Source: a virus. From it: a DNA stretch of 45,764 nucleotides. Made by a program: the position numbers and the translations under genes. The notes beneath the pieces were generated by a model. That model searched no databases. It worked only from the letters and a program-made list of their open reading frames with translations, and was not told where the DNA came from. Location of the stretch: the IMG/VR virus record IMGVR_UViG_3300006052_000013. One strand, given 5' to 3'. This document shows positions 34,898 through 42,947 of the stretch, one piece after another (the stretch's first letter is position 1; every line of letters begins with the position of its first letter).

Positions 34898-35123
34898 AAA
34901 TACGTTCTACCAGAAAAGGTTCGCCCAAAAACTGGCCATCCTCGAAGGGCGCCACGTTAAATTCAGAACCACACTTAGAACATTTTATGTTTTGACTTAA
35001 CCCACCCCGTCGTCCTTGAAAAAATGTGTCGTTATTACAGTCTGGACAAACGTGACGGTTGGCAATGGCATCAAAAACTGGATCAACAACGGGTGCTTTT
35101 TTCTTACGAAATGGGTTCCACAT
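34896..35123 (-). CDS. Zn-ribbon protein (75 aa)
   Basis: CPDC...CSKC. Confidence 0.5.
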   Translation of the reverse strand: MWNPFRKKKAPVVDPVFDAIANRHVCPDCNNDTFFQGRRGGLSQNIKCSKCGSEFNVAPFEDGQFLGEPFLVERI

Positions 35124-35143
35124 CTTTGTCGTTCTCCTTTGTA

Positions 35144-35175
35144 CTTACCACGGGTTACCCCCGTGGCCCTCGTTA
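35144..35175 (-). repeat. short cassette
   Basis: cttaccACGGGttacccCCGTggccctcgtta. Confidence 0.6.
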
Positions 35176-35296
35176 GTGACGCGTTATAAACCATTGAACC
35201 ATCAAGATGACCCCGGTAATCGAAAACCCAACGATTACCGCCCCAATCATCGTGGCGATCCAACCATGTTGAGGCTCCTCTTCGTCATTGTTTTTC
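35173..35296 (-). CDS. small membrane peptide (41 aa)
   Basis: MKNNDEEEPQHGWIATMIGAVIVGFSITGVILMVQWFITRH. Confidence 0.3.
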
Positions 35297-35467
35297 ATCT
35301 CTGGTCGCCTTATGATAGGCGCGAACCCGAACAGAATGAACAAAATTTGACATCGGTTCTTTTTTAGAATCTGTTTGGCGAAAGCAAAATTCATTAGACC
35401 CGGCCCGGCAACGAGGGCAGGGGATTAAAATAATGCGATCCCGACTGGCGGGTTTTACTCTTGGCAT
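35285..35467 (-). CDS. small Zn-finger protein (60 aa)
   Basis: CPRC...C; RBS AAGGAGAAAACA. Confidence 0.4.
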   Translation of the reverse strand: MPRVKPASRDRIILIPCPRCRAGSNEFCFRQTDSKKEPMSNFVHSVRVRAYHKATRDEKQ

Positions 35468-35483
35468 TGTTTTCTCCTTTGTA

Positions 35484-35517
35484 CTTACCGGCCCATGACT
35501 GGGCCGGCCCTCGTTTA
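35484..35517 (-). repeat. short cassette
   Basis: cttaccGGCCCAtgacTGGGCCggccctcgttta. Confidence 0.6.
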
Positions 35518-35533
35518 CCACATTATGAATTAT

Positions 35534-35824
35534 TCATGCCGCCCGCTTTGGCATGACTTTTAAGACTCCCCGCCGTTTGGCAAGATCGAACAGTTGGTAG
35601 TGAATTGCCTGTTCGACGGGCATCGTCGTCGCCAATTTACCCTGGCGTTTAACCTCGGCGATGACCTCGCCACTCGTGGCCTTTTTGAGTTTCTTAATGG
35701 CCAATACGGTGGCGCCGGCGTGGGTATGGGGTTTTAATTTGGTGATATCCACCTTCGGTTTTGCAACCAGCGCGTAAAACTGTCGTCCCGTTGCAGACTG
35801 CACGGGCTTCTTTTGACTTTTCAT
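35534..35824 (-). CDS. lysine-rich histone-like DNA-binding protein (paralog of the gene at 25754-26164)
   Basis: GRQFYALVAKPKV...HAGATVLAIKKL...VIAEVKRQGKL aligns with GRKLYSLVAGVKL...HPGAVVHALRKL...VIVEVEKQGKI. Confidence 0.55.
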   Translation of the reverse strand: MKSQKKPVQSATGRQFYALVAKPKVDITKLKPHTHAGATVLAIKKLKKATSGEVIAEVKRQGKLATTMPVEQAIHYQLFDLAKRRGVLKVMPKRAA

Positions 35825-35859
35825 TTGAATCTCTCCTATCACGAACAAATTTGCTTCCA

Positions 35860-35913
35860 ACGCACGGCCTGGAGGGACGAGTGCGTTACCACGGTTTCCC
35901 GTGGCCCTCTGTT
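35860..35913 (-). repeat. short cassette, double-hairpin
   Basis: CGCACggcctggagggacgaGTGCG + ttaccACGGtttcCCGTggccctctgtta. Confidence 0.55.
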
Positions 35914-36178
35914 ATTGAACAGTAATCGGAATAAACCCCGCCGATCGTAGGCAGGACGCACAACTGACCGAGAAGTGATATATTTGTCTTTTTGGGTCGG
36001 TTTCTTCAGGACAACTCTTGCAACTGATTACGCCCATGGAAGTTTCGGTGGCCGGCTCAAAAAACTCCACGTCGCCGGGGTTACCGACATGTTCACATAC
36101 CAAATAACCTGCTTCCCGAACCTCCGGATATTTTTCACATCCGACGATCGGGTATACATCAATATTATCTACTGTCAT
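35912..36178 (-). CDS. Cys-rich hypothetical protein (88 aa)
   Basis: ORF with an RBS. Confidence 0.5.
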   Translation of the reverse strand: MTVDNIDVYPIVGCEKYPEVREAGYLVCEHVGNPGDVEFFEPATETSMGVISCKSCPEETDPKRQIYHFSVSCASCLRSAGFIPITVQ

Positions 36179-36195
36179 TGTTTCTCCTTTATTTG

Positions 36196-36230
36196 GTCGT
36201 AACGCCGGGGATCACCCGGCGCCCTCTGAA
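36196..36230 (-). repeat. short cassette variant
   Basis: taaCGCCGGGgatcaCCCGGCGccctctgaa. Confidence 0.45.
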
Positions 36231-36384
36231 TATTCTTCCTCTGTCATCTCTTCATCAAGATCAATAAACTCGACGGTGTATTTCATCCCTTTAGAATATT
36301 TCTCTGGAATTAAAGACTCCGCCAAAAGAACCGCCTGGGTGCGGTTTTCTGCCTCCAGTACAGTTTCGTACTTGACCCGCCATC

Positions 36385-36627
36385 TCATGCCACCCTCCGG
36401 CCGTTTTCCACCAATTCATACTTGTAACGATATCGAACGAACTGGTAGAAAAAACGACCCTTGGAATGTGCCCGTTGAAAGCGGCCGAAGGTCAGGGGAC
36501 CTACGCCAAAGTAACGATACATGCGGCCGGTCAGGAATCTTACGTACAGAATCCGCCGCAGCACGTCATATCCGATACTTTGGATATTGGTCGAATCTAC
36601 CTCGATCATTCCCACTTGTGTTGTCAT
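36385..36627 (-). CDS. KTSC-domain protein
   Basis: SIGYDVLRRILYVRFLTGRMYRYFGVGPLTFGRFQRAHSKGRFFYQFVRYRY. Confidence 0.55.
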   Translation of the reverse strand: MTTQVGMIEVDSTNIQSIGYDVLRRILYVRFLTGRMYRYFGVGPLTFGRFQRAHSKGRFFYQFVRYRYKYELVENGRRVA

Positions 36628-36636
36628 ATTTCCCTC

Positions 36637-36667
36637 CTTAAACCCCCTCAGAGGGGGTTCCCTCGCC
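36637..36667 (-). repeat. cassette variant
   Basis: cttaaaCCCCCTCagaGGGGGttccctcgcc. Confidence 0.4.
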
Positions 36668-36884
36668 TTTCCATCTTGATCATTCCGTACATAATCATCG
36701 CCAGTCCCATGGCCACGACTTCCTCCGGCCGGGGGTAACTTTCAACATGTTTCACCATGGCCGTGGTGAGCGGTATATTCGGCGACACACCCTTTTTAGC
36801 CAGGCGTGTGCGCAGTTCATTTAGGGAGATGACTCCTAGTTCTTCCAATCTTTTCTTGGTTTTTTCTACATTTTGTCGGTTCAT
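36648..36884 (-). CDS. hypothetical protein (78 aa)
   Basis: Internal ATG with an AAGGAGAGAAT RBS. Confidence 0.45.
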   Translation of the reverse strand: MNRQNVEKTKKRLEELGVISLNELRTRLAKKGVSPNIPLTTAMVKHVESYPRPEEVVAMGLAMIMYGMIKMERRGNPL

Positions 36885-36903
36885 TTGAAATTCTCTCCTT
36901 GTA

Positions 36904-36934
36904 CTTACCACGGATTTCTCCGTGGCCCTCGTTA
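36904..36934 (-). repeat. short cassette
   Basis: cttaccACGGAtttctCCGTggccctcgtta. Confidence 0.6.
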
Positions 36935-36953
36935 TCAGGGACACTACATCTTG

Positions 36954-37364
36954 TTAAATGGGTTCGATTTTATTGACCTCATCCCATTTCAGGCCCAAAA
37001 CGTGAAAGGCCATCCGGGCGTGATAACCAAAATGGTTATCCCCCGTGGTGACTATCCGTTTGCGGAGTTCCAGCTTATCTGCCGTATCGGAGGTACTAGA
37101 TAAACAACTGGCCTGATTACCGTTCTCCCATAGGCCAAGACGGCCTCGGATTACCTCGGTCGTCGCCCATTTGGCATCATGGTCGCTGATGCCATTTTGC
37201 GAGTTCTGTTCATCCGGACCGCGCAACGCCGAAAGAACCCACCATAGGGCCTTCCCCTGTGATATTTTGTAGAGATTGTCGCCACCCCGGTCTAGTACAT
37301 CCGTCGGTGACGAATTTTTGTTGATTTCTTTGGCAATCTCCCGCAGCAATTCAATCCATTTCAT
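36954..37364 (-). CDS. hypothetical protein (136 aa)
   Basis: RBS AGGAGAGGAATTAAC. Confidence 0.5.
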   Translation of the reverse strand: MKWIELLREIAKEINKNSSPTDVLDRGGDNLYKISQGKALWWVLSALRGPDEQNSQNGISDHDAKWATTEVIRGRLGLWENGNQASCLSSTSDTADKLELRKRIVTTGDNHFGYHARMAFHVLGLKWDEVNKIEPI

Positions 37365-37398
37365 GTTAATTCCTCTCCTATTTAAAGATTTGATTGGT

Positions 37399-37431
37399 CT
37401 TACGGGTCACCGAAGTGACCCACCCTCGTTA
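37399..37431 (-). repeat. short cassette (GGTCACCgaaGTGACC subtype)
   Basis: cttacGGGTCACcgaaGTGACCCaccctcgtta. Confidence 0.6.
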
Positions 37432-38991
37432 GTCGTTCTGTTTTTCTTTGTACTCCATAGACCGCACGATGACCCCGAACAACAGGTCGCCCAGGCGGTG
37501 CAACATACCCGGAATCACGATCGCGTTGGGGTTGTGGGAGGTTCCCAGAAGGGCGCCAAACCCAAAGTAACCTTTGTGCAACCGGAGTTCCGGGTCGGCC
37601 AGTCCGGGAGACTTTTGAATTTCTCCGTCGTAGTCGTATTGCATTTCATTGTGCCGGAAACTGCAACCGAAGTTCACCAGATCGTCGGGGCGATTCTCAT
37701 AACCGGTCAGGTTATAAAACTCATCCACTTTGGTTTCGGTCTGGGAACGACCCCGCCGGATCACAAAGTCTTTTATGATCCGGTCCCACCCGGTGACATC
37801 TGACACGATGCGCCCCGTCCGCAGTGCCCGGTAGTAATCGGCCCGGTTCTGGGGAAGATCGCCCTCGTAATCTACCAGGTTCGAGGCAGAAAGATCACGA
37901 AATACCCGGTACTTCGTGTTTTTTTGGATGATGTAATCATCCGGATTAAATACGGAGTCCTTGGGATAGTGGGTCAATACCGAATAATCGGTATCAATTC
38001 CTCGATCCTGGGCATCGTGAAGTTGCCGGAGCATCTCGGCGGTAGAGTTTCCCAGGCCAATAAAGAGAAATTTCTTTCCCTTAATTTGCGGGTAAGTGAG
38101 GCGCTTTTGCCAACGGTTACCGGCGTGGGTGACCTCCGCAGATGTCACCATACGGTGGCGATCCGAGAGGTTTTTCGGTTTTCCCAGTCCCAGGCAGTTG
38201 ATGACGATGGGGTACTCCTTAAAACTTTGACCACGGTCATAAACCCCGTGGGCAAGATTGTTCGGAGTAACCGTGGTGACGTCGTTGGTGATAACGTTTA
38301 ATGAATTGGCGTTCTGGATATTTTGCAGAAAATCCCGTACCTCCGATCCTTCGCCGGGCGCCGGTTCCAGGGCATACTCGCCCAGGACCAATCTACGAGG
38401 ATTGTTTCGACTCCCGCCTTTGATATCTTCCCGTGACCAGATTCCAAATGGTTTGCCCTTTTCATAAAGAGTTACATTTTTAAATCCGGTGCGACTCAGG
38501 CCATATCGTACAATTTGGCCCGCCGCCCCACCACCGATGATGGCAATGGGTGTGTTCCCAATGTCCAAATTGATCACGTTATAAAACGTGGACAAACGTC
38601 CGGCGATACCACTCCCAAAAAAATTATTGGAAGTATTTACCGGAGAGACGGCCAAGGCGCGATCAATTACTTGATTTTGCTCGGGCGTTCCCCGGTAAGT
38701 AACACAGTCGGCGGGTTTCGAGAACAACGAAACTTCACCCAAATAATCCAACACCGGAAATTTTTGGTATATTTCATCTCCGGAAACATTACGCAAGACG
38801 TAACTTCCCAGAAACTTTCCCAGCATTTTCCGACGGCCCATTTCAACAATGGCCTGGTTACTCCAACCTTTATCGCGCGTCATACGTTTTAACACGGATA
38901 TCGGATTGGATAACATTATTGGACTAACGACGTTGTACGACTTCATCGCTTCAACTGCCAAGAACGACTTCAACATTTCTTGGTGATTCAT
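37429..38991 (-). CDS. FAD/NAD(P)-binding oxidoreductase (flavin monooxygenase-like, 520 aa)
   Basis: Two Rossmann motifs: IAIIGGGAAGQIV and FLFIGLGNSTAEM. The chosen start has an AGGAGAAGAACAA RBS. Confidence 0.55.
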   Translation of the reverse strand: MNHQEMLKSFLAVEAMKSYNVVSPIMLSNPISVLKRMTRDKGWSNQAIVEMGRRKMLGKFLGSYVLRNVSGDEIYQKFPVLDYLGEVSLFSKPADCVTYRGTPEQNQVIDRALAVSPVNTSNNFFGSGIAGRLSTFYNVINLDIGNTPIAIIGGGAAGQIVRYGLSRTGFKNVTLYEKGKPFGIWSREDIKGGSRNNPRRLVLGEYALEPAPGEGSEVRDFLQNIQNANSLNVITNDVTTVTPNNLAHGVYDRGQSFKEYPIVINCLGLGKPKNLSDRHRMVTSAEVTHAGNRWQKRLTYPQIKGKKFLFIGLGNSTAEMLRQLHDAQDRGIDTDYSVLTHYPKDSVFNPDDYIIQKNTKYRVFRDLSASNLVDYEGDLPQNRADYYRALRTGRIVSDVTGWDRIIKDFVIRRGRSQTETKVDEFYNLTGYENRPDDLVNFGCSFRHNEMQYDYDGEIQKSPGLADPELRLHKGYFGFGALLGTSHNPNAIVIPGMLHRLGDLLFGVIVRSMEYKEKQND

Positions 38992-39025
38992 TTGTTCTTC
39001 TCCTGTATAAGCCCGATTCATCGGA

Positions 39026-39060
39026 CTTACACCCCCGTTTCCGGGGATGCCCTCGTATCA
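39026..39060 (-). repeat. short cassette
   Basis: cttacaCCCCCGgtttCCGGGGatgccctcgtatca. Confidence 0.55.
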
Positions 39061-39303
39061 CTAAGGAACAAACTGGTACCAAAGAAGTGTCCCCGGTGGA
39101 TAGGGAACCTCCTCGTGTTTTTGTTTCGTGAACCAGATGGCAACCCGTTCCAGATCGGCGTCTGATGCGAGTGCCTCGGTATACTTGGTCTCACCGTCCG
39201 ATTGCAGATTTTCCTTTACAAAGTTATACTGCCGGATATCTGCGAGGGAGGCCTCGACCAGGGCGGTTTCTTTGTCGCCTTTGATAATCAATCGTATTGA
39301 CAT
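39061..39303 (-). CDS. hypothetical protein (80 aa)
   Basis: ORF with an RBS. Confidence 0.5.
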   Translation of the reverse strand: MSIRLIIKGDKETALVEASLADIRQYNFVKENLQSDGETKYTEALASDADLERVAIWFTKQKHEEVPYPPGTLLWYQFVP

Positions 39304-39304
39304 G

Positions 39305-39499
39305 TTATCCTCTCGTTTTTACCGGTTTGTGCGGGAAGTGAGAGTGACCGTGAGTACTTTTTGGCCAACTTGCCACCGCCGAACGGTGATGTCCCCTGCT
39401 ACCGCGGGAGGACGCCTCGGCGGGACGCGCAAGCCACGAAAAAAGTAGCAACAGTAACAGCAGCGGCCAAAGTGGCGCCAAATTCCTTACGATGTTCAT
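39305..39499 (-). CDS. small secreted or membrane protein (64 aa)
   Basis: LAPLWPLLLLLLLFSWLARPAEA looks like a signal peptide; starts after the long leader. Confidence 0.45.
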   Translation of the reverse strand: MNIVRNLAPLWPLLLLLLLFSWLARPAEASSRGSRGHHRSAVASWPKSTHGHSHFPHKPVKTRG

Positions 39500-39507
39500 A
39501 TGTTCCT

Positions 39508-39595
39508 CTCCTGGTATGGCAAACTGAACGGGTACCGTTCAGTTCTGAGGTTTTCCCTCATTGCCATTACCGGACTTATCGTCCGACCCTCTGTG
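39508..39595 (-). repeat. long three-helix leader cassette (copy 6)
   Basis: ctcctggtatggcaa-[actgaacgggtaccgttcagtt]-ctgaggttttccctcattgccattacc-[ggacttatcgtcc]-gaccctctg. Confidence 0.65.
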
Positions 39596-39928
39596 CTACC
39601 GTGTTAAACCCACGGAAGAGTTTTTATTTAGGTGAAAAGCCCGAAGGCAATCTTCCAAGGTTTGTCTCAAACCATCATAGGCGGCCTTTTTGAGCGTCTC
39701 ATCATACGTCTTGATAAAATCCCGGTACTCATCCTCGGTCCACCCAGTCCAGTTGTCGACCGCCTCGTCAAGAACCCCTTCCATATCTTCCTGGTTGTAG
39801 TTCATACGGTGTGACCAAACGAGAGTTTCAGACATGGCCTGCGTTGCCGAGATGGCCCCGATGAAGGCCTCATCCCGGTCAGTTAATTGATCCAAAATGT
39901 TTACTGTCTCGTCAGTCAATACCGACAT
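39596..39928 (-). CDS. hypothetical acidic protein (110 aa)
   Basis: ORF with an RBS. Confidence 0.5.
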   Translation of the reverse strand: MSVLTDETVNILDQLTDRDEAFIGAISATQAMSETLVWSHRMNYNQEDMEGVLDEAVDNWTGWTEDEYRDFIKTYDETLKKAAYDGLRQTLEDCLRAFHLNKNSSVGLTR

Positions 39929-39942
39929 ATTGTTCTCCTTTT

Positions 39943-39986
39943 AGTCCATATTTGGACTTACCGCCCAAGGTGGGCGGCCCTCATTG
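39943..39986 (-). repeat. short cassette, double-hairpin
   Basis: AGTCCAtatttGGACT + taccGCCCAaggtgGGCGgccctcattg. Confidence 0.55.
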
Positions 39987-39987
39987 C

Positions 39988-40113
39988 TTACTGCCCCGGC
40001 CCCGACGGAATCGTCAACGCGGCCTCCAGGATGATGAATACACCGGCCATTGCCGCGATAAACAACGCCGTCCAGATATGTTTACGGAACGTCCGCCAAA
40101 TTTGTTTACGCAT
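39988..40113 (-). CDS. small membrane peptide (41 aa, MRKQIWRTFRKHIWTALFIAAMAGVFIILEAALTIPSGPGQ)
   Basis: ATG with a GTGGAGA RBS. Confidence 0.3.
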   Translation of the reverse strand: MRKQIWRTFRKHIWTALFIAAMAGVFIILEAALTIPSGPGQ

Positions 40114-40315
40114 GGGCATTCTCCACTTGTTCGGCGGTTAGATCGAGAAGAAGATCAATTTCTGTGGTGGAAAGAGAAGTGTCATTAATTTCAAGAAAAC
40201 TCTTGAGACCTTCTCGGCCACCCCGGCGATATTCTTCCAGGTCAATTTTCTCGAGATTTTCTGCGACTTCGGGGGTGTACATCTTTGCCAATGCTTCTCG
40301 AAGTGAAAGTTTCAT
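40106..40315 (-). CDS. hypothetical protein (69 aa)
   Basis: ORF with an RBS. Confidence 0.5.
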   Translation of the reverse strand: MKLSLREALAKMYTPEVAENLEKIDLEEYRRGGREGLKSFLEINDTSLSTTEIDLLLDLTAEQVENAHA

Positions 40316-40325
40316 TGGTTCTCCT

Positions 40326-40370
40326 TAGTCCATATTTGGACTTACCACTCCTCACGGAATGGCCCTCGTA
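40326..40370 (-). repeat. short cassette, double-hairpin (5' hairpin identical to the copy at 39943)
   Basis: AGTCCAtatttGGACT + taccactcctcacggaatggccctcgta. Confidence 0.55.
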
Positions 40371-40633
40371 AAAAATCCATTTGTTTTAAGTTTGACCAAC
40401 ATATCGGCCAGAATTGAGTATGACCCGATCCAAATATGTCGACCTGCCCTTTTACCGTTGTCGATGTAACGAATTCCGGCGGTGCCCTCGTCCTGGGAAT
40501 ACCATATAATCATCGCGGTGCGGTCACTTGCCTCGCCACGAAAATATCTGGTATCACCCTCGGATTTTCTGGGATATGTTTGTACAAACCCCAATTCTTT
40601 TAAGATATCGTCGGGGTGATCTTTTTCAGTCAT
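40352..40633 (-). CDS. hypothetical protein (93 aa)
   Basis: Internal ATG with an AAGGAGATAACG RBS. The last residues (TRAIP) are encoded inside the cassette element. Confidence 0.45.
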   Translation of the reverse strand: MTEKDHPDDILKELGFVQTYPRKSEGDTRYFRGEASDRTAMIIWYSQDEGTAGIRYIDNGKRAGRHIWIGSYSILADMLVKLKTNGFFTRAIP

Positions 40634-40648
40634 CGTTATCTCCTTTGC

Positions 40649-40678
40649 ACTTACGGCCACCGAAGTGACCGCCCTCGT
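40649..40678 (-). repeat. short cassette (GGTCAC subtype)
   Basis: cttacGGCCACcgaaGTGACCgccctcgta. Confidence 0.6.
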
Positions 40679-40679
40679 A

Positions 40680-40916
40680 CTACTGTTTAAAGTGTTGCCC
40701 CGCGGGGAAGGTGATACCCTTCCCAAACTTCCATTCCATGTTTGTCATATCGCCGCCGTCGGTGATAATGACCCGCACGGTGGTGCCCAGGCGGGCGCCC
40801 ACCGAATGGGTATAGTGTTGGAACGCCTTCACCGCCTCTTCCGGCCCCACAAATCGTCTCACATATTCATAGGCGCCATCCGGAAAAAATTGGCAAACAG
40901 AAAATTCATTTTCCAT
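40680..40916 (-). CDS. hypothetical protein (78 aa)
   Basis: ORF with an RBS. Confidence 0.5.
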   Translation of the reverse strand: MENEFSVCQFFPDGAYEYVRRFVGPEEAVKAFQHYTHSVGARLGTTVRVIITDGGDMTNMEWKFGKGITFPAGQHFKQ

Positions 40917-40929
40917 GTTTTTCTCCTGT

Positions 40930-40960
40930 ACTTACCGGGTTTTCAACCCGGCCCTCGTTT
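40930..40960 (-). repeat. short cassette
   Basis: cttaccGGGTTttcAACCCggccctcgttta. Confidence 0.6.
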
Positions 40961-41234
40961 ATTTTTCAACTCCCATTCTTCCAAGCAACTGCATGACCGA
41001 CTTTGTCCGAAACGGAGACAACTGCCGGGGTATGGTGTGCATCAGATGCACACCGACCCCGACTTCCAGTAAGGCCGAGTCGATATGATTTAACACCGCC
41101 GATTCTGACTTTGCCTCCCCGGCTCTTTGCAGGGCCGCGATCGCCAATTCCAAAGCATCTCGATAATTGACCCCGGTGGCCCGTTTTGCGGCCTCTTGTT
41201 CTTTGTGAAAGTCGTCGACATTTGTTTCAAACAT
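40959..41234 (-). CDS. hypothetical protein (91 aa)
   Basis: Internal ATG with an AAGGAGAACAAA RBS. Confidence 0.45.
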   Translation of the reverse strand: MFETNVDDFHKEQEAAKRATGVNYRDALELAIAALQRAGEAKSESAVLNHIDSALLEVGVGVHLMHTIPRQLSPFRTKSVMQLLGRMGVEK

Positions 41235-41249
41235 TTTGTTCTCCTTTGT

Positions 41250-41281
41250 ACTTACGGTCACCGGGGTGACCGCCCTCGTTC
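41250..41281 (-). repeat. short cassette (GGTCAC subtype)
   Basis: cttacGGTCACCggGGTGACCgccctcgttca. Confidence 0.6.
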
Positions 41282-41522
41282 AATCTTGATGATAACCACC
41301 GTCCGGATTGGGCGGCAGTAACTCATCATAGGGATTACCGTCGAACAACTTTGCCAACGGAATAATCTCAATTTCTTTCCCGACTATGTTCAACGCCGCC
41401 ACGACGGCCACCGACTTTCCGGTGGACTTATCCTGGCAGTCGATTAAACAAAGTCGGTCGTTGTGATTGGCGTTCGACAATGTTCGGAAGTTGGCGATCT
41501 GACCCTTCGAAAGTTTTGGCAT
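41280..41522 (-). CDS. hypothetical protein (80 aa)
   Basis: RBS AAGGAGCG. Confidence 0.5.
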   Translation of the reverse strand: MPKLSKGQIANFRTLSNANHNDRLCLIDCQDKSTGKSVAVVAALNIVGKEIEIIPLAKLFDGNPYDELLPPNPDGGYHQD

Positions 41523-41537
41523 ATTACGCTCCTTGTA

Positions 41538-41593
41538 CTTACCGACTCATTTTTGAGTCGGCCCTCGTTTTGGCCATCAGGCGGCCCTCGTTG
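41538..41593 (-). repeat. short cassette with a duplicated 3' box
   Basis: cttaccGACTCAtttttGAGTCggccctcgttttggccatcaggcggccctcgttg. Confidence 0.55.
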
Positions 41594-41888
41594 CTTTTTT
41601 GAGCTTGGCCCGGATTGCCCCGGTATCCACCCCATCCAACAGTTCCTCGACGGCCTGCGCCCATTCCAAAACATCCTCGGCCAGGTTATAAGCCCGTTTG
41701 TTTTTCGGGGACAGTGCCTCGGGATCATTGTCCAGGGCCGTGGTCTGGTCCTCGGCAATGATACTGAGACTCATCGCCTCACCATGGGCGACTTCGACCG
41801 CATTGATAACCTTTGCCAATTGCGCCTCGATCTTTTGACGAAAGAGACGTTCCGGAAGTACAATCAACTTTTTTCTTTTGTAAGTCAT
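41577..41888 (-). CDS. hypothetical protein (103 aa)
   Basis: Internal ATG with an AGGAGAGGAACAAA RBS. Confidence 0.45.
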   Translation of the reverse strand: MTYKRKKLIVLPERLFRQKIEAQLAKVINAVEVAHGEAMSLSIIAEDQTTALDNDPEALSPKNKRAYNLAEDVLEWAQAVEELLDGVDTGAIRAKLKKATRAA

Positions 41889-42009
41889 TTTGTTCCTCTC
41901 CTTGGTAAGTGACGGATCGACGTCATCCTTGCAACTGGCCGTTCGAAGGGGACTCAACAAACACACACCCTTACTAGGCGCGGGCGAGTGGAATCGAACC
42001 GACCCGTCA

Positions 42010-42038
42010 CTTACCGCCCGACCGGGCGGCCCTCGTTA
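42010..42038 (-). repeat. short cassette
   Basis: cttaccGCCCGaccgGGCGGccctcgtta. Confidence 0.6.
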
Positions 42039-42239
42039 GTGTTCCAACTCCACCAAACCAACCTCATCATCAACGCAGGTTTCATGACCCTGTTTCCACA
42101 GTTCCTCGGCCAACAATAGAACCTCTCCCCGATTTTGGAAGTTCTTTTTGGTATATTTCACGATCTGCGGAGACAGGCAATCAACATCCGTTGTGAATTT
42201 AATTCGCCCACCTTTTTCCTGTCCTATGTGATATATCAT
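42036..42239 (-). CDS. hypothetical protein (67 aa)
   Basis: Internal ATG with a GAGAGG RBS. Confidence 0.45.
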   Translation of the reverse strand: MIYHIGQEKGGRIKFTTDVDCLSPQIVKYTKKNFQNRGEVLLLAEELWKQGHETCVDDEVGLVELEH

Positions 42240-42334
42240 TGTTCCTCTCTTTTTGAAGTACCGGGCCGCACGCGCTCGGAGTCTCGTCATGGACTACTCA
42301 ACCATGATCTTGTCGTCTTGGGTGAGACCCGGTA

Positions 42335-42363
42335 CTTACCGCCTTCTCAGGCGGCCCTCGTAA
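42335..42363 (-). repeat. short cassette
   Basis: cttaccGCCttctcaGGCGgccctcgtaa. Confidence 0.6.
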
Positions 42364-42637
42364 GGTTCTGGTAAAGTGATTTCAGGTCTTTGCCCCCACC
42401 CAAATCGCGGTAGGGCACGGTATAGTCACCAAACGGTTCACGGGTGAACCGCTTCCGTTCCCACACCTGAAAGTCTTCGGCGACGAACAGGAATTCCAAC
42501 GGATCAGACCGCCGCCGGAGTATCCAGGTATCATCGACGATTCGCAAAATCGGTCTCATATAAATAGACCAACCCTGTTCTTTCAGATCGAGCAACAACT
42601 TGGTGAATTCTTTGCTTTGTTCGTGGTTCTTTTTCAT
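42347..42637 (-). CDS. hypothetical protein (96 aa)
   Basis: Internal ATG with a GGAGAGAAAACA RBS. Confidence 0.45.
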   Translation of the reverse strand: MKKNHEQSKEFTKLLLDLKEQGWSIYMRPILRIVDDTWILRRRSDPLEFLFVAEDFQVWERKRFTREPFGDYTVPYRDLGGGKDLKSLYQNLTRAA

Positions 42638-42653
42638 TGTTTTCTCTCCATAC

Positions 42654-42682
42654 TTACCACCCCGTGGGGTGGCCCTCGTCAA
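42654..42682 (-). repeat. short cassette
   Basis: cttaccACCCCgtgGGGTGgccctcgtca. Confidence 0.6.
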
Positions 42683-42942
42683 CCAATATCGTTATTGAAC
42701 CAGTTAGTAGTGTCCTGGTCTTTTTGGTGAAGTTCAGGAAATGCGTCGACCAGTTTGTCGGCGATGTTTTCGGCGACGTGATGACTCTCACTGGCCACGG
42801 CCGTGTATTCCCGTTCATAATCGGTACTGCCCGGCCCGACGTACTCCCAGGTTCCTTTGTTGGTCTTTTCGAACGTCTGGGCCTCTACTCGTACGGTCGT
42901 GACATAGACGGTGCGTTGTTCTTTTTGCAAAGTTCTTGCCAT
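42679..42942 (-). CDS. hypothetical protein (87 aa)
   Basis: Starts at the M after the long leader. Confidence 0.45.
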   Translation of the reverse strand: MARTLQKEQRTVYVTTVRVEAQTFEKTNKGTWEYVGPGSTDYEREYTAVASESHHVAENIADKLVDAFPELHQKDQDTTNWFNNDIG

Positions 42943-42947
42943 ATTCC

